Assembly (NCBI GenBank): GCA_035513175.1
Contig: DATKCN010000250.1
Span: forward strand, 2,468-66,467
Direction of reading: 5' to 3'
From: Thermomicrobiales bacterium
GTDB lineage: Bacteria > Chloroflexota > Chloroflexia > Thermomicrobiales > CFX8
DNA: 64,000 nucleotides
Part shown: positions 18,113-25,870 of the stretch, piece by piece
Layout: each line of letters begins with the position of its first letter
Numbering within the stretch: position 1 is the stretch's first letter
The notes under the pieces: model-generated
Told to the model about the DNA's origin: nothing
What the model saw: the letters and a program-made list of their open reading frames with translations, nothing else
Databases searched by the model: none
Position numbers and translations under genes: made by a program

Positions 18113-18447
18113 GATCGTTTCCCTTCTGCGCGTCAAGCGCCGATTGCGCCTGTGTTACCAGAACGCGCACGCTGCTTGCCACGAACGACAAGCGACGTAG
18201 CATCAGCGTATCACCCCTGGCAAGCGCGCCCACGGAGCGGAATGGTACACTGACGTCCAAGAGGCGGGGCTGCCTTCCGCGCTCAATCCCTCATCGCACT
18301 GTCTGTCGCGCCCAGTCACGTTAGGAACGACGACCCGTAGGGCAGTATTGACGGAACCGCATGCCTCCCACGGCCCGTCACGATTTCTTCATCGACGTGC
18401 TCGATGGCGTCTCAAGGGACAGCAATTGAAACTGGGGAGGCTGATCC

Positions 18448-18466
18448 GCGACGAATGCTTCGTCGC
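18448..18466. promoter_or_regulatory. Perfect 8-bp-arm palindrome GCGACGAA-tgc-TTCGTCGC about 48 nt upstream of the desaturase ATG
   Basis: Read directly. It lies in the 401-bp divergent csp/desaturase control region. It could be an operator or a 5'-UTR hairpin. Confidence 0.3.
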
Positions 18467-18513
18467 GTCAAACCGGCCGTTGTGGCGCATCGGGCGCCGA
18501 ACGTGAGCGCACC

Positions 18514-19395
18514 ATGACAGGATTGCCCGTGAAACCAAGCAAGCTACGGCAGAGCGTGCTGCTCTTTTTCGTCGTCGGCCCCCTCATTGCGACTGCCTAC
18601 GCCATGTACACGCTCTGGCATCAGTGGATCGGGTGGTCTGAGCTGACGCTGTTCTTCGTCCTGTACATGGCGACGGGACTCGGCGTGACGGTCGGCCTGC
18701 ACCGGCTGCTGACCCACCGCAGCTTCGAGGTCAGCACGCCACTCAAGGCGCTGTTCCTCATTCTGGGATCGATGGCCGTGCAGGGACGCGTGATCGACTG
18801 GGCCGCCAATCACCTGAAGCATCATGCCTTCTCGGATCAGGAAGGCGATCCCCATTCCCCGCTGGAGGGCTTCATCCACGCGCATGTTGGCTGGATCTTC
18901 TCCGCGCCGCCGCCGGACAAAGAGCGCTACGCCAAGCGGCTGATGGCAGACCCGGTCATTACCTTCATCGACCGCACCTTTCTGGTGTGGGTCGGGCTGG
19001 GGCTGCTCATCCCGTACCTGCTCGCCGGCTGGCAGGGCCTGCTCTGGGGCGGCTTTGTGCGCATCGCGGTCGTGAATCACGTCACCTGGGCGGTTAACTC
19101 CGTCTGCCACACCTTCGGCGACCGGCCATTCGACATCAAGGACATGAGCCGCAACAACTGGATCGTCGGCCTGCTGGCCTTCGGCGAAGGCTGGCACCAT
19201 AACCACCATGCCTTCCCGGCAATGGCCTACCACGGCATGTCCTGGAAGCAGTTCGATCTCTCCGCCCTGGTCATCCGGCTGCTGGCAACGCTGCGGCTGG
19301 CTCGCAACATCAAGCTGCCGTCCCCAGAGCTGATCGAGCGTCGCCGCCTGCGCGCCTCGAAGCGCGTCGTTACGCAACCGGTCGCCGGCGACTAG
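18514..19395 (+). CDS. Membrane acyl-CoA/acyl-lipid delta-9-type fatty acid desaturase
   Basis: 293 aa with N-terminal TM helices and three His boxes: HRLLTHRS, HLKHHAFSD, HNHHAF. Confidence 0.9.
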   Translation: MTGLPVKPSKLRQSVLLFFVVGPLIATAYAMYTLWHQWIGWSELTLFFVLYMATGLGVTVGLHRLLTHRSFEVSTPLKALFLILGSMAVQGRVIDWAANHLKHHAFSDQEGDPHSPLEGFIHAHVGWIFSAPPPDKERYAKRLMADPVITFIDRTFLVWVGLGLLIPYLLAGWQGLLWGGFVRIAVVNHVTWAVNSVCHTFGDRPFDIKDMSRNNWIVGLLAFGEGWHHNHHAFPAMAYHGMSWKQFDLSALVIRLLATLRLARNIKLPSPELIERRRLRASKRVVTQPVAGD

Positions 19396-19560
19396 TGAGC
19401 GGGTAGCGGTGAGCGGTGAGCGGAGAGGGGTTCGCGCAGGCGGCCTCGCGCCCTCGCTCGCGGCTCAAGCAAAGTGAGACGTGACACGCAACCGACGCCG
19501 TGGTCCCACTTAACCGCTCACCGCTCACCGCTCACCGCTCACCGCTCACCGCTCACCGCG
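19395..19560. repeat. Inverted pair of heptanucleotide tandem arrays: (GTGAGCG-type)x5 at 19395..19429 and (CCGCTCA)x6+CCGCG at 19514..19560
   Basis: Left: GTGAGCG GGTAGCG GTGAGCG GTGAGCG GAGAGGG, starting on the last base of the desaturase TAG. Right: six perfect CCGCTCA units, the reverse complement of the left unit. ~84-nt spacer. The stop codon of the minus-strand AhpD-like gene (19548..19546) lies inside the right array. Confidence 0.85.
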
Positions 19561-20172
19561 GAACGTCCCGTGAAACGCGCGGTCCGGGATGAAGCCGCAC
19601 GCGTTGGCGACGCGGTTGTTGAAGTTGTAGATCGCGGCGGTCTGGATGACGTCGTAGACGTCCTCGTCGGACAGGCCGTGCGCCTTCAGCGCCTCGATGT
19701 CCGCCTCCCTGCAATCGACCGACGAGCGCGTAATCTTGATCGCGTAGTCGAGGATGGCCCGCATGCGCGCGTCCAGTCCAGCCCGCCGGTAATCCTGCAC
19801 GATGCGCTCCGAGAGGACTGGGTCACCCGTCAGGCGCCGCAACTCGGCGCCGTGATTGGTGAGTCAGAGCATGCAACGGTTCTCTGACGAGACGACCACC
19901 CCGATCATCTCGCGCTCGACGCGCGTCAGCCCCGATGGCGCCTTGCTGATGAACTCGTACAGCTCCAGCCAGCGCATCATCAGGTCGGGTCGCCAGGAGT
20001 GGACGCGCACGACGTTGTTGGGCGCCCCGAGCTTCTCTCGCTGCAGCGCGACCAGCTCGGCCACGCGCGGATCGAGGTCCTCTTCCTTCGGGATTGGGAA
20101 CCAGCTTATGCGCTCGGTTGGGGTCCAGTCGGACGTCGTGTCCGCCTGCTCCGCGTGCGGCGTGTCAGACAT
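19546..20172 (-). CDS. AhpD/carboxymuconolactone-decarboxylase-family 'peroxidase-related' protein with in-frame TGA (19866..19864) at the CxxC position; candidate selenoprotein (or a very recent pseudogene)
   Basis: ORFs 19864..20244 and 19546..19842 share one frame and are separated only by TGA. The joined protein is MSDTPHAEQ...ISWFPIPKEEDLDPRVAELV...LTRVEREMIGVVVSSENRCML[TGA]LTNHGAELRRLTGDPVLSERIV...IYNFNNRVANACGF... Start ATG 20172 has AGGAG 6 nt upstream and overlaps the stop of the upstream gene (ATGTCTGA). Confidence 0.7.
19823..19862 (-). other. SECIS-like stem-loop immediately 3' of the in-frame UGA
   Basis: mRNA: UGA CUCACC AAUCAC GGCGCCG AGUUG CGGCGCC UGACG GGUGA. Outer helix UCACC/GGUGA, inner 7-bp helix GGCGCCG/CGGCGCC, apical loop AGUUG about 20 nt after the UGA. 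Folded by eye only. Confidence 0.4.
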
Positions 20173-23100
20173 CGAGTGCTCCTGCCTCATCCTCGCCAGA
20201 CCATTCCGGCGAATCGTGACTCCAGACTGCTTCAAGCGTGTCACGAATGAACTCTACGGTCACGCGTCCATCGTGGAGATCGCTGGAAGCCGCCGCGACA
20301 ACCCGCGTTCGGGCCTCGTCGATCGTTAGCGGCCGGTCGCTGGCAAGGTAGCCGCCTTCTTCGAGGAAGCGCTGGAGGTCGTTGCGCATCGCGCCGCGGA
20401 AATGCGAAATCTCGCCACGGTCCAGCGCCGCGATCAAGCTCTGGGCGTTACCGTCGACACGCCGCGCGAGCGCCGCGACACGGTCGATGAACACCGGCGT
20501 GATGACGCCGCACTCGATTATCACGGCGCGGTCGACGGGGCGTCCCCTCCCTGCGCGGAAGCAGGCGCAGGCTTCTTTGATGACATCCGCGCGCGCGTGG
20601 CAGCGTCGAACGATCTGCTCCTGACCGTCGAGCAGGTCCGCGCCGCCCAGATCGGCCATGGCGCGTAGTTGTCCCCACGTTTCGATGTGCAGCGAAAGCA
20701 GGCGGTGCAGCGCGTGAGTGTCGTCGATCAGGTGCCAGAGGTGTAGCCCGCCATCGCTCTCCGCGCGCGGGTCAATGCCGGGAACGCGCAGTAGCTCGCG
20801 ATAGTCGTCATGGCTCAAGCCGTCCGGCTCGGGGATCGTGATCACGGGCCACTCCACGTGCGCGACCGGCGGCAGACGCTCCCAGTCAGCGAGATCGCGA
20901 ATCTCGGCCAGATCCAGCAAGCGGAACGGAACCTCGGGATGCTGGGACATCACCGCTTGCCATTTGCGCACCTCGTCGTGTTGCGCGGTCAGGTACAGCA
21001 CCTGACGTCCGGAGCCAGCGATCTCTATGGTGGCGTCAATGATGGCGCGCGCCCGCTGCTCGTCGCTGTTGCCAAGCGTCTCGTCGAAGATGAGTGGCAG
21101 CATTACGCCCTGCTCCTGATGTTCGACGAACGCCACCCGCACCGCCAGCAGAAGCTGGAGACGGGTCCCGCTCGACAGCTCGTGCAGCGCGTGTCCGGCG
21201 CCGGTGACGTTGTCGATGGCCCGGAAGGCGGGCGGCTCGGTGTCGCTCAGTTCCAGCCGGTAGCGCCCGTGGGTGATCTTGACGAACAGCTCACGCGCCC
21301 GGTGGAAGACGAGCGGGCGGTCGTTGTCCCGCGTCTCCTCTCGGACGAAGTCGGCGATGCTCCAGCCCGCGACCTGCGCGTAGGCCTGCTCGCGGGCCTC
21401 GGCCAACTGCTCGCCATGCATCTGCTCAGCGGCCAGTGCCCGTTCAAGATCGTGCTTCGTTTTGGCCTCCGCGACCCGCGCCGTTACCGCCGCGATCTCG
21501 TCGCGAATCTCGTCCTGCTCCGCGCTGTGCTCGCGAGCGTCCTCCAGCCGCCGTTCAATCTCCGTAGCGGCTTCATCGGCCAGATGGCCGTCGTCGCCGA
21601 GCGCCTGTTCCGCGCGCTCGCACTCCAGCCTGGCACGCTGGGACGCTTCCCGCGCCAGCCGGTAGGCCTCCAGCTGGTCCAGCAGACCGGTGAGCTGATG
21701 CTCGTCCTCCTCGTTCATGTCGAGACGCTCGAAGAACGCGTGAATATCCGCTTCCCGGCGCTCTAGCTGCGGTCTGAGCTGCTCGCGCAGCAGCCGGGTG
21801 CTGCGCTCGTGGCTCGCCTGAGCCTCGTTCCAATCTCGTTCCCGCTGTGTCAGGTCCTCGATGCAACCGAGCGCTTCCGCCTGTTTCGCGACGGTCGCGT
21901 AGTCATATGAGGCCAGCGTCGCGTTGAGCTCGTCGAACGTGGCCGCGAGGCGGGTCCTGAGCGCGGCGATCTCCGCCGCCGTTCCATTCAAGCGGTCGCG
22001 CGCGTGCTGCCATTGCACGAGATTGCTGGCCAGCACGTACAGGCTCGCTGGGTCGCGTCCGGGCGCCGCGCCAAACCGCGTGGCTGCCGCGTCGATTTCT
22101 GCCTGTGCTTCGGCGCTGCGAGCCTGCAGCGCGACGCGCTCGTCAGCAACGTAATCCCAGCGTTGCCGCTTCTCCTCATCGAGGGCGCGTGACCGTTGCT
22201 GTTGCGCCAGGGTCTCGATCAGCAGTTCCACCTCCGCTGAGTGCCACGTTGAGGGCGCGTCGAGCTGCAAGCGCTCGTATTCAGCGCGCACCAGCTCCGT
22301 CGCGGAAGTCGCCTCGGAAGCGCTCCGAGAGCGGCCCTGTTTGAGAGCCACGTACACCAGCCACGCCCCGGTCACCACAAGGATGAGCGCGGCCGGATGG
22401 GCGACGATCCCCAGCACGATGCTCTGCACGATCACTGCGATGCCGGCGATCAACAGCAATGTGCGCCGCTGATTCGCCTTGCCAGCCGGCGCCTCGGCGC
22501 GCTCGTGCCGCAGCCACTGGTCGAGCGCGTGGATGCCCGCATCCAGTCGTCGTCGCTCTTCGGGATCCAGCGGCTGGCTCGACGCGATCGGCCCGAGCCA
22601 CGTGTGCAATGCCTCCAGTGCCGCGAGCTGCGCACGGACCGTCGCGTGTCGCTGTGCCAGCTCCGCGAGCTGATCGAATTCCACGACACCCAGTCCGGCC
22701 AGACGTGAGTCGTCCGCCAGCGCCCCGAGCGAACGCCGGGCCGTCTCAAGCTGAACTGACGCGTCATCACGCCGGGTTTCCGCCGCCCGTGTGGCGGATG
22801 TGATGTCCTGCAGCTCCGAGCAACGCTCCCGTAGTGCCGCAACGAGTCCGCCGGGTACGCGCTCATCCAGACGGGCGCGCCGCTGCCGGTCCACCGCGTC
22901 GGACATCTGCTGGGACTCGGCGGCAATCGCGGCGCGCGCCTCCTCCTGGCGCAGCCGCAGGTCCCGAAGTGTCTCTCGCTCGTCGCCTGAAAGTCGTTCC
23001 ATCACGTCGGGAAACGTCGTGAGCTGTGCGAGCGTGTCATCCCGCGCGCTGCGCGCGAGGCGGCAATCAAGCGCCTTCTGCAGCGTCGCAACTTTCCTGT

Positions 23101-23692
23101 CAGCCTCTCGCGCCTCGTCGAGCTCGCGGTTCAGGCCTTCCAGCGTGCGCTCTTCGTCCAGCAATCGCTGCTGAGCCGCGAGGGCGGCCTGCCGGTCCTG
23201 CGTCGCCTGATCGCGCAGTCCCTTCAGTCGCTGCGGCGCGCTCGGACGTTGGGTGAGCTTCAACGCCTGTATCGCCGCGCCCACATCGTAGCCACCGGCT
23301 GACTCACGCAGGATCGCTTCGGCGAACGAGCGATTGTCGGCCGCCAGCAGGACGTGTAGCGCCAGTAGATACCGCTCGCTGTCTGCCGCGACAATCGGGT
23401 GGTCCGCGTCGACGCCGTCTCGCTGGCAGCGTTTGCCTCCGTTGTCGTACTCGACCAGCCAGCGCGCGCCGTCGAACTCAAACGCCCCGGCCACCACCGC
23501 CTGCGGGGACATCGGGGACGAAGGCCACAGCAGGGTCAGCAGGGCGTGCGTGAGGGTCGTCTTGCCGGATGCGTTCGGACCGTGAATGACGTTGACGCCC
23601 GAGCACAGCCCGTCGACGACGAAAGATGCGTCGATGCCGTACATACGGCGCACGTCGAGCCGGTCGAACCTGACGCTGAGCCTCGCACTCAC
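20165..23692 (-). CDS. SbcC/Rad50-like (YhaN-type) AAA ATPase with coiled coil, internal TM hairpin and ~270-aa C-terminal extension
   Basis: 1175 aa. Walker A GPNASGKTT at the N-terminus, a long Ala/Glu/Arg/Leu-rich coiled-coil region, two hydrophobic helices RRTLLLIAGIAVIVQSIVLGIVAHPAALILVVTGAWLVYVAL (~aa 404-446), ABC signature-like LSSGTRLQL, Walker B MLPLIFDE, and LTAQHDE. GTG start overlaps the upstream stop (GTGA). Confidence 0.8.
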   Translation of the reverse strand: MSARLSVRFDRLDVRRMYGIDASFVVDGLCSGVNVIHGPNASGKTTLTHALLTLLWPSSPMSPQAVVAGAFEFDGARWLVEYDNGGKRCQRDGVDADHPIVAADSERYLLALHVLLAADNRSFAEAILRESAGGYDVGAAIQALKLTQRPSAPQRLKGLRDQATQDRQAALAAQQRLLDEERTLEGLNRELDEAREADRKVATLQKALDCRLARSARDDTLAQLTTFPDVMERLSGDERETLRDLRLRQEEARAAIAAESQQMSDAVDRQRRARLDERVPGGLVAALRERCSELQDITSATRAAETRRDDASVQLETARRSLGALADDSRLAGLGVVEFDQLAELAQRHATVRAQLAALEALHTWLGPIASSQPLDPEERRRLDAGIHALDQWLRHERAEAPAGKANQRRTLLLIAGIAVIVQSIVLGIVAHPAALILVVTGAWLVYVALKQGRSRSASEATSATELVRAEYERLQLDAPSTWHSAEVELLIETLAQQQRSRALDEEKRQRWDYVADERVALQARSAEAQAEIDAAATRFGAAPGRDPASLYVLASNLVQWQHARDRLNGTAAEIAALRTRLAATFDELNATLASYDYATVAKQAEALGCIEDLTQRERDWNEAQASHERSTRLLREQLRPQLERREADIHAFFERLDMNEEDEHQLTGLLDQLEAYRLAREASQRARLECERAEQALGDDGHLADEAATEIERRLEDAREHSAEQDEIRDEIAAVTARVAEAKTKHDLERALAAEQMHGEQLAEAREQAYAQVAGWSIADFVREETRDNDRPLVFHRARELFVKITHGRYRLELSDTEPPAFRAIDNVTGAGHALHELSSGTRLQLLLAVRVAFVEHQEQGVMLPLIFDETLGNSDEQRARAIIDATIEIAGSGRQVLYLTAQHDEVRKWQAVMSQHPEVPFRLLDLAEIRDLADWERLPPVAHVEWPVITIPEPDGLSHDDYRELLRVPGIDPRAESDGGLHLWHLIDDTHALHRLLSLHIETWGQLRAMADLGGADLLDGQEQIVRRCHARADVIKEACACFRAGRGRPVDRAVIIECGVITPVFIDRVAALARRVDGNAQSLIAALDRGEISHFRGAMRNDLQRFLEEGGYLASDRPLTIDEARTRVVAAASSDLHDGRVTVEFIRDTLEAVWSHDSPEWSGEDEAGALDV

Positions 23693-24972
23693 GACGCCCG
23701 CTCCCTCTGCGCCACGAGCGTGTCCAGCAGCTGGTATCCCTCACGCAGCAGGTGCTCCCGCGCGACGGCGCGGTCGAGCGTCCCGACGTCCGCGATCCCC
23801 GCGTACACCGCGTGCCGCTCCACCGTTCGCAACCTCGCCAGCGTGTCGTCGATCAGCCGCCGGCAGGCCTCCGCGTCATCATTCGCTTCGAGCGCGCTCA
23901 GCGTGCGGGCCAGCGCCCCGGGCGGATCGTTGCGCCGCGACAGTTCATCGAGCGAGAGCGCAGGGCGCGTGTCGAGCGACAGTTTCTCGACGAATCCCTG
24001 GACGTGTCCCGCGTGCAGGCTTAAGTCGCCCGGAAGGTGCTTCAGATGTTCCGCCACGTCGCGGTGAATCGGCGTGCGTCCCGTCACCGTCACCCGAAAC
24101 GCCACGCATTCGAGGTCACCACCAGCCGCCGCAACTTCCGTGAGATGGATCTGCGCCGCGCTGGTCACAGTGTTGAGCAGTGCGTCCTGATCCTCAACGT
24201 CACTGACATCGATCGCCAGCGGCTCGTAGCGCACGCGCGCCGTCGGGAACTGCCGCGCCTCGGGAGCGCGTCCCGGAAGCAGCTCGACGAGCCAGGGACC
24301 GTGCGGACCTGTCTCACCGGGGTCCATTCCCTGCGGTGAGCCCGGATACATGAGCGTCACCCCGCTGATATGCCTGATTGATGGGTGGTGAATGTGTCCC
24401 AGCAGCCAGAGCGCCACCCGCTGGCGGCCCAGGTCCGCCAGTGTCACCGGCGCATAGACGCTGCCCGGCTGGTCGAGGTCGGCGTGCAGCAGGCCCAGCA
24501 CCGGCAGCCCGTCGTCGGGGCCGATCGGATACGACGCGAGCGGGTTGAAGCGCACCTGTTGGCTGGGGAACGACCAGCCGTCGACGTGCAACACGGCGTC
24601 CCCACCGCTGAGAATCGTCCGGCGCTCCCACTGCCCGCCCTGGCCCAGCAGATGCAGCCGCTCACCCGCCGCGCCGCGCTTCAACAGCGGTAGGACATCG
24701 AAGTCGTGGTTACCCGCCACCGCGATCGTGTCGATGCCCGCTTCCGCGAGACGGCGCAGCCCACGCTCCAGCGGCCCGAACGCTTCGAAGTAGCGGTTCG
24801 CCCGGTCGACCACGTCGCCGCTGAGCGCCAGCAGATCAACCCGTTCCCGCAGCGCGACATCTACGATCGAATCCCACGCAGCGGCCGTGGAGAACCGGGC
24901 GCTATCGAGGCCTTCCGGCACGCGGCTGGACCGGCGTCCGATGTGGATGTCACCAGAGCAGAGAATTTTCAA
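23689..24972 (-). CDS. SbcD/Mre11-like (YhaO-type) calcineurin-fold metallophosphoesterase / DNA repair exonuclease
   Basis: Motifs LCSGDIHIG, LSGDVVD, VAGNHD, LLHADL, LLGHIH. I start it at TTG 24972 (GAAGGA 6 nt upstream), which overlaps the upstream stop as TTGA. The ORF-track start 25074 would add 34 Pro/Arg-rich codons overlapping the upstream gene. Confidence 0.8.
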   Translation of the reverse strand: MKILCSGDIHIGRRSSRVPEGLDSARFSTAAAWDSIVDVALRERVDLLALSGDVVDRANRYFEAFGPLERGLRRLAEAGIDTIAVAGNHDFDVLPLLKRGAAGERLHLLGQGGQWERRTILSGGDAVLHVDGWSFPSQQVRFNPLASYPIGPDDGLPVLGLLHADLDQPGSVYAPVTLADLGRQRVALWLLGHIHHPSIRHISGVTLMYPGSPQGMDPGETGPHGPWLVELLPGRAPEARQFPTARVRYEPLAIDVSDVEDQDALLNTVTSAAQIHLTEVAAAGGDLECVAFRVTVTGRTPIHRDVAEHLKHLPGDLSLHAGHVQGFVEKLSLDTRPALSLDELSRRNDPPGALARTLSALEANDDAEACRRLIDDTLARLRTVERHAVYAGIADVGTLDRAVAREHLLREGYQLLDTLVAQRERAS

Positions 24973-25763
24973 GGGTCGTCCTTCATCGGGTCCGCTCCGC
25001 TCCGGGCGAACAGGATGCAACCGTGCTGGTAATACTGGCAGCGCTCGCACTGGCGGGACTGGATCGGCGCCCACTCCCCGCTGACGTGATTCTCGTCGAT
25101 CTCGCGGGCAATGCTCCGGATGCGACCGACGATTGGGCGCGCCTCATCCCTGGTGAGGTAGCGACTATCCGACTCTCGAGAGCTGAGATAGGTCGTTGTC
25201 GAGCGCACACGTGCCTCGTCGAGCGCGCTGCCGACGGCGATGCGCGCAACGACGGCTTGAAGCTCGTCGGCCGGGTGGCGTCTGCCGGTCTTCCAGTCGA
25301 TGTGCTCGATCTCGACGGCGTCCACGCGCACGAGCAGGTCGACCTTGGCCTTCACGATGAACGGAAGCTCAGCTCCCTTGCCACGAAAGCTGAAGCCGTA
25401 GCTGCGCTCAACCACATGGACCGACTTGCGCGGGTCGAACGATTCGACCGCGGCGTCGACCCAATCGTGAATCATGTCGATTTCACGGACCCTGTCGACG
25501 CGCGCCAGCTCTGATTCAGGCGTTACCCGCGCTTCGATCTCGCCGCGCAGGTCGGCAGGGAACGACCGGCGCCCCGCGAACACCTTGAATGCCTGAGCCA
25601 GCACCTCATGCGTGATTCTCCCGCGCGTCATTTCTGCCGCGGCGACGATGCGGCCCTTGCGCTTGCGGACATGCTTGAGAAAGTACTTCTGCGGGCAGGC
25701 TTCGAACGTCGTCAGATGATTGACCCAGTAGGTGGGCGTGAAGCGGCGCGACGGTTGAGCCAT
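24969..25763 (-). CDS. PD-(D/E)XK nuclease, Cas4/AddB-like with four-Cys (Fe-S cluster type) arrangement
   Basis: 264 aa. N-terminal LTTFEACPQKYFL (first Cys), GRITHEVL, KVDLLVRVD...EIEHIDWKTG (D...ExK core), C-terminal CERCQYYQHGC (CxxCx6C). GGAGGAGG 8 nt upstream of ATG 25763. Confidence 0.75.
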   Translation of the reverse strand: MAQPSRRFTPTYWVNHLTTFEACPQKYFLKHVRKRKGRIVAAAEMTRGRITHEVLAQAFKVFAGRRSFPADLRGEIEARVTPESELARVDRVREIDMIHDWVDAAVESFDPRKSVHVVERSYGFSFRGKGAELPFIVKAKVDLLVRVDAVEIEHIDWKTGRRHPADELQAVVARIAVGSALDEARVRSTTTYLSSRESDSRYLTRDEARPIVGRIRSIAREIDENHVSGEWAPIQSRQCERCQYYQHGCILFARSGADPMKDDP

Positions 25764-25827
25764 GCTCCGGCGCCTCCTCCACGATCGAACGCACGATGTG
25801 CGTGTAGCAACGTCGGTATTTCACGCC

Positions 25828-25857
25828 AGCATACGACCATGTCACCTCTCCCGTCAA
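25828..25857 (-). promoter_or_regulatory. Candidate sigma70-type promoter for the nuclease/SbcD/SbcC/AhpD-like operon (TTGACG-N18-TATGCT)
   Basis: Minus strand reads TTGACGggagaggtgacatggtcgTATGCT. It would give a ~58-nt 5' UTR. Motif match by eye only. Confidence 0.3.
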
Positions 25858-25870
25858 CAGTTGCTGGTGA

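Noticed and set aside
19395-19560. Possibility that the tandem arrays are a CRISPR array.
   Set aside because: The units are 7 nt and contiguous, with no spacers. The two blocks are inverted copies of each other. No cas genes are adjacent; the Cas4-like nuclease 5 kb away belongs to the SbcCD-like operon.
19474-19887. 137-aa plus-strand ORF with repeated peptide LTAHRSPLTAHRSPLTA.
   Set aside because: The peptide repeat is just the translation of the (CCGCTCA)n array (3 x 7 nt = 21 nt). The rest is antisense to the AhpD-like gene.
24973-25074. Longer N-terminus for the SbcD-like gene (ORF-track start 25074).
   Set aside because: The extra 34 codons are Pro/Arg-rich and overlap the upstream nuclease gene by ~100 nt. 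The conserved phosphoesterase motif I begins right after the TTG at 24972, which has a proper SD and a TTGA overlap.
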